The notes below the pieces were generated by a model. That model was not told the DNA's origin, did no database searches, and saw only the letters and a program-made list of their open reading frames with translations. Shown here in pieces: positions 17,465 to 26,500 of a DNA stretch of 64,000 nucleotides (its first letter is position 1; every line of letters begins with the position of its first letter). A program made the position numbers and the translations under genes. Origin of the DNA: Vulcanimicrobiales bacterium (lineage in GTDB: Bacteria; Vulcanimicrobiota; Vulcanimicrobiia; Vulcanimicrobiales; Vulcanimicrobiaceae); contig JBBRLI010000003.1 in the NCBI GenBank assembly GCA_038231455.1, forward strand, positions 1 through 64,000, in the 5' to 3' direction.

Positions 17465-20400
17465 ATGGGATCGCTCGGTCCACGGATGCGCGCTCGCTTG
17501 TATCGCTCCGGTTTATTGTGCCTGGCTCTCGCGCTGGTGATCCTTATCGCTCCGGCGGCGCGAGCATTTCCCGGTGCCGGTCCTATCGCGCGAGCGGTGA
17601 TGGTACTCGTGTCCGCCTCGCCGGCTCCGGTCCAGACGCCCGCGCCACGCGACACGTTCTTTGATAAACCGATTATCTTCGGCAACGATCCGGAGGTTGC
17701 TCCGAGCGCAAAGGCAAGCGCGGCGCCGACCCCGGTCGCACGTCGTCGCCGGGCGGAGGTTAAATTCGGACTTTCCGGCAGCGCGTCGTCGGGTGCCTCG
17801 GTCTCGAACTCCACGCATCAGTCGGCGAACGGCCAGACCTCAAATACCCTCGGACTTCAGGCATCGATCGAACGCCGGAGCGACCGCAGCGATCTGCGGC
17901 TATCGCTGCCTGCCTCGATCAATACGCGCGGGAGCTACATCGGCGCCGCGAACGCCGAATTCGTGACTTCGCGCGGCGTCTTCTCGTATGGATTTCTGTC
18001 GCTCACTCCTTTCGGGTCGCTCCCGTTTTCGCCGATCGATCGCGCCTACTCGTTCGCGCGTCCGCTCGGTCGGGGAGCCGAGCTTTCTCTTTTCTCGGGG
18101 TCCAGCATCTTTGAGGGATCGCGCGCGTTCGATACAACCGGCATGCGCTACCGACGAGGATTCCGCCGCGGAATCGGGTCGATTGAGGGGTTTCAGGCGC
18201 GTGCAACCGACGGGAATGGTTTTGCAAACGTCCTGCTCGGCGGTTTCGCGAGCCGACCCAATCGATTGACCGTGGCGAGTGAATTTGCGCTCGAGCAATT
18301 GCATTCACTTGGCGATGTCAGCGATGGTGGCGCGTTTGCCTACCAAATGCGGGGCGACTACGCGCTGCCGTTCGCCGATCTCACGATCACGAAACGTTTT
18401 GTGACCGATCGTTTTATCGGCCTTGGCGGGACCGGCGGCCGACCAGAGTCGCTTACGCAGGCCGGCTTGCGAACGGCGGTCGGCCGAACCCAAATCGACG
18501 TGCAAACGACGTTTGATTTGCTCTTTGCAACCTCACTCCAGAGCGCGAGCAATGAACGACGACACGGCTTGACGCTTTCTCGTCCGATCGGCGCGTTCGC
18601 CGTGGGGCTGTCGCTCGCCGACGATCAAAACATCAGTGAAACGGCGACGACGTGGAGCGGGAACGGGTCGCAGAGCCTGGGATTTACAACGCGCGGCTTC
18701 ACCGTGATCGAGAGCCTGCAAGGGACGCGATCGACATCGACGGGTACGACGCCTTCCTCGAGTGTAACGGGCGGAATTGACATTTTCAAACCGACGCGCG
18801 CTGCGACGTTACAAGCGCAGTTTTCACGGACGCATCAAACAGGTGAGGGCAATTCGGGTCTGGTCGACACCGCGATGGTGGGCGCATCGCGAACCGAGCG
18901 GCGCTATCTCTTCGGCATCTCGGACACGCTAACGCGCACGACGCAACTTGCAAACGTGCAAACCACCAATGCGACGACGGTCTCGTTTGGACGGAAACTC
19001 TTCCGCGACGTCCTCGTGCAAGTCCAGTACGGTCGCCAAACCGTTCGCAGCACGTCCGCGCATTCCAACGGAACTTCGTCGCTGCTGAATTTTTCAGTCG
19101 GAGCTCCCTTTGCTCTTGGATCGGCCGGCACGATCGGGAAGCCCGACCCGCGAGCGCCCGCGACGATTCTTGGAACCGTGAACGACGAGGCCGTCGATCC
19201 GCAGTTTGCGAGTTCACTCGGTGGCGGGGTCGCTAATCTTGCCGTGACGCTCGACGGAATCGAGACGCAGCACACGGACGCACGTGGTCGATTCCAGTTC
19301 CGTTTCGTCACTCCCGGGCGCCACGAAGTTCGGATTGAACCGGCCGATCTTCCGCGCGGGTACACCGTCAACTATCCGTTCGTCACGATCAATGTAGCCG
19401 GCGGCCAAACGGCGCAGATCGGTATGAGCATCGGCGGTACGAGCGGGGCGATCGCCGGGCGGATCGCGCAGAAACTCACCAGCGGTCAAGATCGCGGTGT
19501 CGAAAATGTCGCGGTCCGCCTCGACGGCGGCGATATCGCGATTACGGGCCCGCTCGGCGATTTTGGTTTCGGGCGACTTAAGCCCGGTCCCCATTCGCTC
19601 GAAGTGCTGGACGCCTCGCTCCCGGCGGACCTCCAGCTTGTCGATCGGAAGCGGACGGTCGCAACGCAAGCCGGCGTGACGTCACGCGCCGACTTCTTCA
19701 GCGCCGCGCTCGGTTCGATCAGCGGAAAGCTTGTCGCAAGCGCTGCTGGGAGAGACGTCCCCGACGGTCCCATCGCAAATGCGTATGTGGTCGCAAACCC
19801 GGGCGAGCGCGCCGTCATCTCAAACGAAGACGGCACGTATACGATTGACAACTTGCCTGCTGGAACGTATACGCTCGCCGTCGATGCCGACTCACTTCCG
19901 CCGGATACCGATGCGAACGACGGCGCGCGCACGGTCGAAGTTCACTCGGGCGAACGGATCGAGGGCGTGCTTTTCACGATCGGCGAGAAGCTACGCGCGA
20001 TCGACTTTACGTTTTCAGCCGGTTCAAAAGAAACGCCGCTCTCTCTCAGTCTTGCCGCAAGGAAGCTTCCGCCTGGCGGCGTCACTGGCGTCACTGCGCG
20101 TGTAAGCGCAAACGTGGCCGAAGTCACGTTGCGGGCATTCGGCAACACGGTCGCCCTGATAAAAACGGGGAAGCAGAACATCTATAGCGGTCGCTTGGTC
20201 GTTCCATTCGATGCAAAGCCAGGCGTCGTAAACGTTATCGCCTCGATCGGTGGAGCACATCCCACGACCGCCAGTGCAACCGTCGAAGTTGACAAAAGTC
20301 TGCCTCTGGTTCGCGTCGATATCGATCCCAGGCGCCCGGCTATCGGACAGTATGTCCGCGTCCGTGCAGGTTTCATCGCCGATGTATCACCCGGCGATGT

Positions 20401-20548
20401 CATCACCTGGCAAGACGGAACGACGACGAAAATCCCCGTGTTTACGGGCTTGCGCATTGCCACATTCACCGTAAAGGTTAGCGCAGTTCCGTTCCACGGA
20501 ATTATACGCACCAAAACTTTACCGATTCCAATTACGATCGGCATGTAA
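17465..20548 (+). CDS. Putative outer-membrane usher-like protein with three carboxypeptidase-regulatory/SdrD-B-like repeats
   Basis: Signal peptide, about 500 aa of amphipathic Ser/Thr/Gly-rich beta strands, then repeats TDARGRFQFRFVTPGRHEV, TGPLGDFGFGRLKPGPHSL and SNEDGTYTIDNLPAGTYTL, and a C-terminal Ig-like region. Confidence 0.65.
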   Translation: MGSLGPRMRARLYRSGLLCLALALVILIAPAARAFPGAGPIARAVMVLVSASPAPVQTPAPRDTFFDKPIIFGNDPEVAPSAKASAAPTPVARRRRAEVKFGLSGSASSGASVSNSTHQSANGQTSNTLGLQASIERRSDRSDLRLSLPASINTRGSYIGAANAEFVTSRGVFSYGFLSLTPFGSLPFSPIDRAYSFARPLGRGAELSLFSGSSIFEGSRAFDTTGMRYRRGFRRGIGSIEGFQARATDGNGFANVLLGGFASRPNRLTVASEFALEQLHSLGDVSDGGAFAYQMRGDYALPFADLTITKRFVTDRFIGLGGTGGRPESLTQAGLRTAVGRTQIDVQTTFDLLFATSLQSASNERRHGLTLSRPIGAFAVGLSLADDQNISETATTWSGNGSQSLGFTTRGFTVIESLQGTRSTSTGTTPSSSVTGGIDIFKPTRAATLQAQFSRTHQTGEGNSGLVDTAMVGASRTERRYLFGISDTLTRTTQLANVQTTNATTVSFGRKLFRDVLVQVQYGRQTVRSTSAHSNGTSSLLNFSVGAPFALGSAGTIGKPDPRAPATILGTVNDEAVDPQFASSLGGGVANLAVTLDGIETQHTDARGRFQFRFVTPGRHEVRIEPADLPRGYTVNYPFVTINVAGGQTAQIGMSIGGTSGAIAGRIAQKLTSGQDRGVENVAVRLDGGDIAITGPLGDFGFGRLKPGPHSLEVLDASLPADLQLVDRKRTVATQAGVTSRADFFSAALGSISGKLVASAAGRDVPDGPIANAYVVANPGERAVISNEDGTYTIDNLPAGTYTLAVDADSLPPDTDANDGARTVEVHSGERIEGVLFTIGEKLRAIDFTFSAGSKETPLSLSLAARKLPPGGVTGVTARVSANVAEVTLRAFGNTVALIKTGKQNIYSGRLVVPFDAKPGVVNVIASIGGAHPTTASATVEVDKSLPLVRVDIDPRRPAIGQYVRVRAGFIADVSPGDVITWQDGTTTKIPVFTGLRIATFTVKVSAVPFHGIIRTKTLPIPITIGM

Positions 20549-20553
20549 CCGAA

Positions 20554-20580
20554 TCAAGTTCTCCGCTCGCTTGCCGATGC
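20554..20580 (+). promoter_or_regulatory. Putative sigma-28 promoter (TCAA-N15-GCCGATGC)
   Basis: Close match to the FliA/SigD consensus with the exact 15-nt spacer, in the gap before the major pilin-like gene. Confidence 0.7.
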
Positions 20581-20638
20581 TAACAGTGGACAACACGCAG
20601 CGACTCGAGTTCGAGCGCTCACACCGAAAGGATTCTCC

Positions 20639-21352
20639 GTGAAGAAGCTACTCTCGATCGCCGCGGCCCTCATCGCCATCGGCGCAGTTGCCTCCCCGTC
20701 CTATGCGGCCGTTACCTCAAGCGCCGCGGTCACCGTGAAGTGGAACGTCCAAGTCAACGCAACGCTCACGCTGGCAACCAACTACGATAACACCGGGACG
20801 TTCAACGCGGTCCTCCATACGATCGACGTCAATGCCAACGGGGGCACGGGTACGTGCGCCGGCGCTGGTGCCGTGACCGGCATCGTCGACTACGGTAACG
20901 TCACGACGGACCCGGCGAAAGTCACCTGGTGCGGATACGAAAATGCCGTCGTTGCTAAGGCGATCACGAACAGCTCGATTGCGGCCGGCTGGAACATCAG
21001 CCAGGCTCTCGCAGCGATCCCAACCGGCGGTTTCACAATCTGCCCCATCGGCAACGGTGGCCTCGCAGGCTTCGGCGCCGCGGCAGCACCGGCCACGTAC
21101 ACGGCAGCCACGGCATTCAATGCGGCAAACCAAACTGCAGCATTCGGCGCGACGACGGCCTGCACGGGTACCTCACTCGGCGGCGCGGCTGGCCTCACGG
21201 CAGCCGCCACCAACATCGCAAGTTCGCAGTTCGTCGGCGCAACGCCGGCTGCCGGGTCGTTCTTCGGTGAAGGCTACGTCCTCGGCGTCCCGGCAAACGC
21301 CGCGGCCGGCGCGCAAACCATCACCGTCAACTACGTCCTCACGGCAAACTAG
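20639..21352 (+). CDS. Putative major pilin/fimbrial subunit
   Basis: RBS GAAAGGA, Sec signal, Ala/Gly/Thr-rich sequence, N-terminal strand AAVTVKWNVQ, VDYGNV, GWNI, 4 Cys, and C-terminal strand TITVNYVLTAN. Confidence 0.7.
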   Translation: MKKLLSIAAALIAIGAVASPSYAAVTSSAAVTVKWNVQVNATLTLATNYDNTGTFNAVLHTIDVNANGGTGTCAGAGAVTGIVDYGNVTTDPAKVTWCGYENAVVAKAITNSSIAAGWNISQALAAIPTGGFTICPIGNGGLAGFGAAAAPATYTAATAFNAANQTAAFGATTACTGTSLGGAAGLTAAATNIASSQFVGATPAAGSFFGEGYVLGVPANAAAGAQTITVNYVLTAN

Positions 21353-21361
21353 TTCGGAGGC

Positions 21362-21396
21362 GGAAGGTGCCGCCGCGTAGGCGCACGGCACCTTTC
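21362..21396 (+). terminator. Stem-loop after the major pilin (terminator or mRNA-stabilising hairpin)
   Basis: GGAAGGTGCCG (21362-21372) pairs with CGGCACCTTTC (21386-21396). No long U tail. Confidence 0.5.
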
Positions 21397-21415
21397 TGCC
21401 GATGATACTAGTAAT

Positions 21416-22204
21416 ATGAGAACTACGCTGACGGCCGCCTTCATCGGCGCCGTACTCGCTCTCGTCCCGGTCGGCTCGAGCGCCGAACTTGGACTCGACG
21501 TCTCACCGGCAAAACTCGAGATCGTCTTCACCCCCGGCTCGTCCTACAATCTCCCGGTGACGGTTCACAACAACGGCCAAGCCGCGGTTCACGTCCTCAC
21601 CTCGATGTCGGACTTTACGCTGAATCTTGCCGGCGATTATCAGTTCACGAAGCCCGGGACGAACGCATACTCGCTCATGAAGTACGCGACGGTCAACCCT
21701 CGCGAATTCGATCTGCCGGCCGATCAATCGCAACAAGTTCGGCTCACGATCACGATCCCGAACTCGTCCACGATCAGTGGCGAATTTCCCGGAGTCGTCT
21801 TCTTTCAAACGCGACCCGAGCGCCACGGTGGTATCGGGGTTGCGTTCTCCGCCAAAATTGCAACGAAGATCTACGCGCAAATAAAAGATACGGTCAAAGC
21901 GAGCGGTCGGGTTGAGAAATTCTCAACCGAACGCAGCGGCCCCGGCCAACTCTACCGCGTGATGTTCCATAACACCGGAAACGGTCATGTCTACCTCAAC
22001 GGCCGCGTCGAAGTTCGCAAAGCAGGCGTCCTCGTCGAAAAAGTACCGATCGGTCCGAGTCTGCTCGTCGAGCGCGGCGGTGAACGACTGATGGAAATCC
22101 CCGGCAAGAAACTCGAACCCGGCCACTACGACGCGATCGCCGCGGTCGACTACGGTGGCGAGAAATTAGTTGGCGGTCAATTGGCGTTCGACGTAGCGCC
22201 GTAG
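21416..22204 (+). CDS. Putative pilus assembly chaperone (PapD/DUF916-like, two Ig domains)
   Basis: Signal peptide, LDVSPAKLEI, VTVHNNG, VNPREFDL...QQVRLTI and FHNTGNGHV motifs. Confidence 0.75.
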   Translation: MRTTLTAAFIGAVLALVPVGSSAELGLDVSPAKLEIVFTPGSSYNLPVTVHNNGQAAVHVLTSMSDFTLNLAGDYQFTKPGTNAYSLMKYATVNPREFDLPADQSQQVRLTITIPNSSTISGEFPGVVFFQTRPERHGGIGVAFSAKIATKIYAQIKDTVKASGRVEKFSTERSGPGQLYRVMFHNTGNGHVYLNGRVEVRKAGVLVEKVPIGPSLLVERGGERLMEIPGKKLEPGHYDAIAAVDYGGEKLVGGQLAFDVAP

Positions 22205-22233
22205 ACCACGAGCGGCACACGGAGGGCCGAAGC

Positions 22234-22908
22234 ATGATGAGCAAAGCAAACCGCACGATCGTCGCCCTCGGCTTCGCCGCAGCGCTCGGTCTCCTACCGG
22301 CGCTCGCGCAGGCAGCCCCGACAACGGTGAACGGATCGGCAACCGCGCACTGGAAAGTGCAACCCACGCTCAAGTTCACGCTCACGCCCAACTATGCCAG
22401 CGGCTTCGGGACGGTCAAAGCCGTGTTCGGCGCGCAGCCCGCACCCGCTCCGGGCGGCGGCGCAGCATTCGGCGCTGGCGCCGTGGATTTCGGCAACGTG
22501 CAAGCCGGCACGAACTATCTCTATAAATATGCCGCGCATTTGAATGTGATTTCGAACGCCCCCGGATTCAACGTCTACGGTGAAGGAACGGCCGACTTCA
22601 CCGGGACCGGCGCGAACACGGGCAGTATCTTGCCGATCAATCAGACCATCTTCTTTTTGAAGTCGACGGACGGCGTCACGCCGGATTCCAATACCGGCTA
22701 TTCACCCGCGCAACCGTTCTCCGCGACCGGCGCTGCGGGTGCCACGTATAACAATCCGGCGATCACCTACACGACATACCCGATGCCGCTTTTCATGTCT
22801 CCAATGGGTGCCGGCGATCTCTATTATGACTACCAGTTGAAGGTCAATAGTGGCGCCAATCTTGGAACCTACTTCGTCTATGTGACGTACACGGTCGTTA
22901 CGACATGA
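22234..22908 (+). CDS. Putative minor pilin subunit
   Basis: Signal peptide, SATAHWKVQPTL, VDFGNV, and C-terminal GTYFVYVTYTVVTT. Confidence 0.65.
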   Translation: MMSKANRTIVALGFAAALGLLPALAQAAPTTVNGSATAHWKVQPTLKFTLTPNYASGFGTVKAVFGAQPAPAPGGGAAFGAGAVDFGNVQAGTNYLYKYAAHLNVISNAPGFNVYGEGTADFTGTGANTGSILPINQTIFFLKSTDGVTPDSNTGYSPAQPFSATGAAGATYNNPAITYTTYPMPLFMSPMGAGDLYYDYQLKVNSGANLGTYFVYVTYTVVTT

Positions 22909-23552
22909 TCCATCGCCGCCGCTGGACGAGCGGCGTTCTTGCGATGCTTGCGCTGTGCCTCGGGCTGCCACGAAGCGCCGATGCCGCCTTCATTCAAGTG
23001 CAGCGCACGCAAGCGGCGATCTACATTTTGGTCAACGTCGCGCCGGCGCCCCTCGCTCGCCGCCCGGATCCGCGGGCGATCGCCTACGAAGGCGCGCCAT
23101 TTGACGTCGCGCAAGTGCAGAAGCAAAAGGGCATTCCCGTCCAGGCGAACGTCATCGCCAACCCGTACGGCAACTTGCTCACAACGAGTACCAACACGCT
23201 CGTCTATTCGCAGACGGCGGGAACGACGGTTCTCTATCCGTGCGCTTATCATGTCAAAGTGACGACCGCGATTGCGTCGTGGACGCTCTACACCGGCCTC
23301 TCGAACGACTTCGATCCTTCGTTTAACGGCAACGATCTCTCGTGGGTCGATTATCCAGGCGCGCCGCCGACGCCGCCCGCGACACCCGTCTTCCAAATTT
23401 TTCGCGTCTATCCCGACAACAACAATGCGTGGCAAGCCGACCGTCGCGGGTCGGGGAACTACGATGAGTGCGTCGACCTCTCGCTTGCGATACCCGCTTC
23501 TGTCCCGGGCGGTTCGTATTCGAGTAACGCGATTTACTCGATCTATTACTGA
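22905..23552 (+). CDS. Putative minor pilin-like subunit
   Basis: ATGA-coupled, signal peptide, ASWTLY, Cys pair, and C-terminal PGGSYSSNAIYSIYY. Confidence 0.6.
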   Translation: MIHRRRWTSGVLAMLALCLGLPRSADAAFIQVQRTQAAIYILVNVAPAPLARRPDPRAIAYEGAPFDVAQVQKQKGIPVQANVIANPYGNLLTTSTNTLVYSQTAGTTVLYPCAYHVKVTTAIASWTLYTGLSNDFDPSFNGNDLSWVDYPGAPPTPPATPVFQIFRVYPDNNNAWQADRRGSGNYDECVDLSLAIPASVPGGSYSSNAIYSIYY

Positions 23553-26500
23553 TGCGTAACCTTCGGATCTTCTTGCTCGTCGCGATCGCATTCGTGGCCT
23601 CGGTGCTGGCTGCAAAAGCAACCGTCCAGCAGATTATCGTTCCGGCGCGAGCCGTTGCCACGGCAACATCTGCTCCGCTGCCGAGTCCTTCTCCGGGCAG
23701 CATTCTGCGCACGTTTTCGACGCCGCAACCGCGGGCTTCAGCGGAAGCCGTCATTCCGCGCCCGCAACCGCCGCGATCGAGCGGACGGAACACGAGCGGT
23801 GCCGTCCGCTATATCCATTCGGCGACAGGATCGGACATACAAATCACCTACGTCTCGGGTTGCGGCGGCGGCGCGTATCCCGGCATCGTTCCCGTCAACT
23901 GCCAGATCACGTGGAAGCCGATCAATGTTTCGGCCCCGAACGGTCACGATTGCTTCTATGCGCCGTTCTACAATAACGCGGCCGCAGCCGATGGTTCTGC
24001 TAACTGTCAGAACGGGAACAGCGGCGTCGCGCATACGATTACCTTGTTCATTCAGGGGACGTGGATATTAGGTTCGTTCAATAAAGTAACGAATCGTTGG
24101 GACGAACTTGCCTTTATCACCGTCGGTACGCCGCCGACGATCGGCACGTACGATAGCTCCGCGGATACGACCCCGCAGTCGAGTTTCATCGCGAACGGTT
24201 CGAATACGGTGTACTTTGCGGCCACCGGTCTGATCACGCTCGATAAAATCGTCTTCGACATCAGCTACGCGTCGCTCAAAGGCAACTGCGTCTATATGTT
24301 GGGCGGCGTTTCAGCGGATGGCTACGGCGGGTGTAATCCCTTTGCAAATCCCGGCGTGAATGCTGCCGGCGGACAGGCAAACGCAAGTTGGACGCCGCCC
24401 CCCGGCACGCCGACGGGAACCTATATTCTCACCGTCACCGATATCAGTCAGGGTATTCGACTCGCCTCGCGACAATTTTCGATCGTCTCGAGCGGTACTC
24501 CGCCGACGGTCACGTTTGTCCCCGGAGGCGGCAATCCGTCGCCGGCGCCTGCATTTACTACGCCACCGAGTACGGATCTCGGATCGTATGCCTACGATGG
24601 CAACGATGCATCGACTTCGAAAATTACGGTGAAGACAACCGCTCCGCTTTTGACGCCTACCTCGACCTATATTCGAACGTTCTCGGATCCAAACGGCATT
24701 ATCAATAACAATTTTGGACTGACGACGAATGCCCTCACTGACGGGACGGGGAAAATCGCCGATGCGACACTGACCCTTGCCGTCGCGCAGACTCCGCTCA
24801 ACTTTTCCACCCCAACGTACACGTATTCGCTGCTCGGTCCGCTTGCAACAGGGCCAATCGTCTTCGCGAACTCGTTTCAAATTCTCGGGTATGCAATGTC
24901 GACCCAGTTTCTCAATCCACAAGGGACGGCTTTAACGGTCGGGACGGGCACGGCGACCAGCAGCCTGCAATTCACCAATACGAGCGACACCGTCTATGGG
25001 TCGGGCAACGGCGATCTGATTCAGTTCATGGAACTCAAAACAGCCGGTGACGGATCGGTCATCTCGCTGAATTGCGGGGCGCTTTGCACATCGGAAATCG
25101 TGAGCGATTCAGCGGGCAATCTGTGGACGGCAAGCGTTACGCTAACGGGCGCGACGTATCGCCTCTTCCTCGCGCCCCAAGCGAATGCGCTGCCCGTGGG
25201 GGCGACCTTGACGGTTCCCAACATGACGTGGACCGGACCCGTGACGAACTGCGGCGTAGCCGGCTGCAAACTCACGACGTCATTCGTTCCACAACACGGC
25301 CTAACGTGGACCGACACCACGAAGAATGCGTCGAACCCGGTTTACCTGGTCGATAACGGCGCCGTCTCGCCCTCGGCGACCGGCAGCATCGTGTTGGTCG
25401 GTAACGAGGCTCACGGATACACACCGCGATCCACGCAGTCCTTTTACGAGTACGCCCAGCCTTTTGCGCAGACGCAACAGCTCTCGCTCAAATACACGCT
25501 CACCAACGTCAACAGCGGCGGCATCAACCTTAAAGCGTTCCGATTGACCATGCCGGTCGGTTTTCTCTACAGCACCATGACGGTCTCAGCCGGCGGAACG
25601 GCTGCATGGGCATCGGATGCGGCCTCTTGCTCGGGCCTCGCTTCGAACGTTTTTTGCTTCAAATCAGCGGCCGGTATCGCCGCAGCCGTGACCGATTCTG
25701 TTACGTTTAGCGTCGATGCCCCAAAGGTCGCTTTCTCCTATACCGACGTGCTGGGTCAAGTCACGAGTCCCGGTAACTACGGAATTACCGCGGCGAATAC
25801 ACCATCGCAAAAAACGATCGAAGTCGGTCCATCGAATCCGTATCTGGTCGATACGACGGCACTCGGCTCGTATTCGCTCAACGCGACCTTGATGACGTTC
25901 GGTGTGTCATCGACCGGAGCCGGGCCGACGTACGCAATGACGGTCAACTATACAAATACGTCGTCGTCCGCCGACCCGTTTCCCGACTATGTCGATGCGC
26001 TTCTCCTCCAAGTTATTAACGGTGCTGGCGCGTTTTCCGCAATCACGACGAGTAGCGCGGGCTTTACCTATGAAGGCCCTGCGCAGACAAATCAGGGCAG
26101 CGCATATTTAGGTGGCTCGAACGCCGATGACTACTGGTTCGGCACGTGCGTCGCGCAACGTGCCAGCGCCCAGCCATTCTTCGGGAACGTCACGCCGTGT
26201 ACGTTAGCGCAAGAACAAAATTCGATTGCACCGGGTGGTGCGCTTACGATCAATGCGACGTACACCGACGCAACCGGACAATCGACGGCGATCCTCTGGG
26301 CACATGGCGCGAATTCGAACGGCTGGGCGGCGTACTACATCAATTTGCCGCTGAGTGGTTCGGCGGCGTACGGCGGATTTCAGGCGGTCGGAACGTACGG
26401 TGCTCCAACCACGTTGTCCTCAGGGACGGTGCCGACGATTGGACTCGATACGGACCCGACCAAAGGGAATTCGTATGTGTACCGTTTCAACAATCAATCC

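Noticed and set aside
17332-17814. 607-aa version of flagellin with a long N-terminal extension
   Set aside because: The extension is antisense to the usher gene. An RBS, a TTG and a sigma-28-like promoter support the start at 17331.
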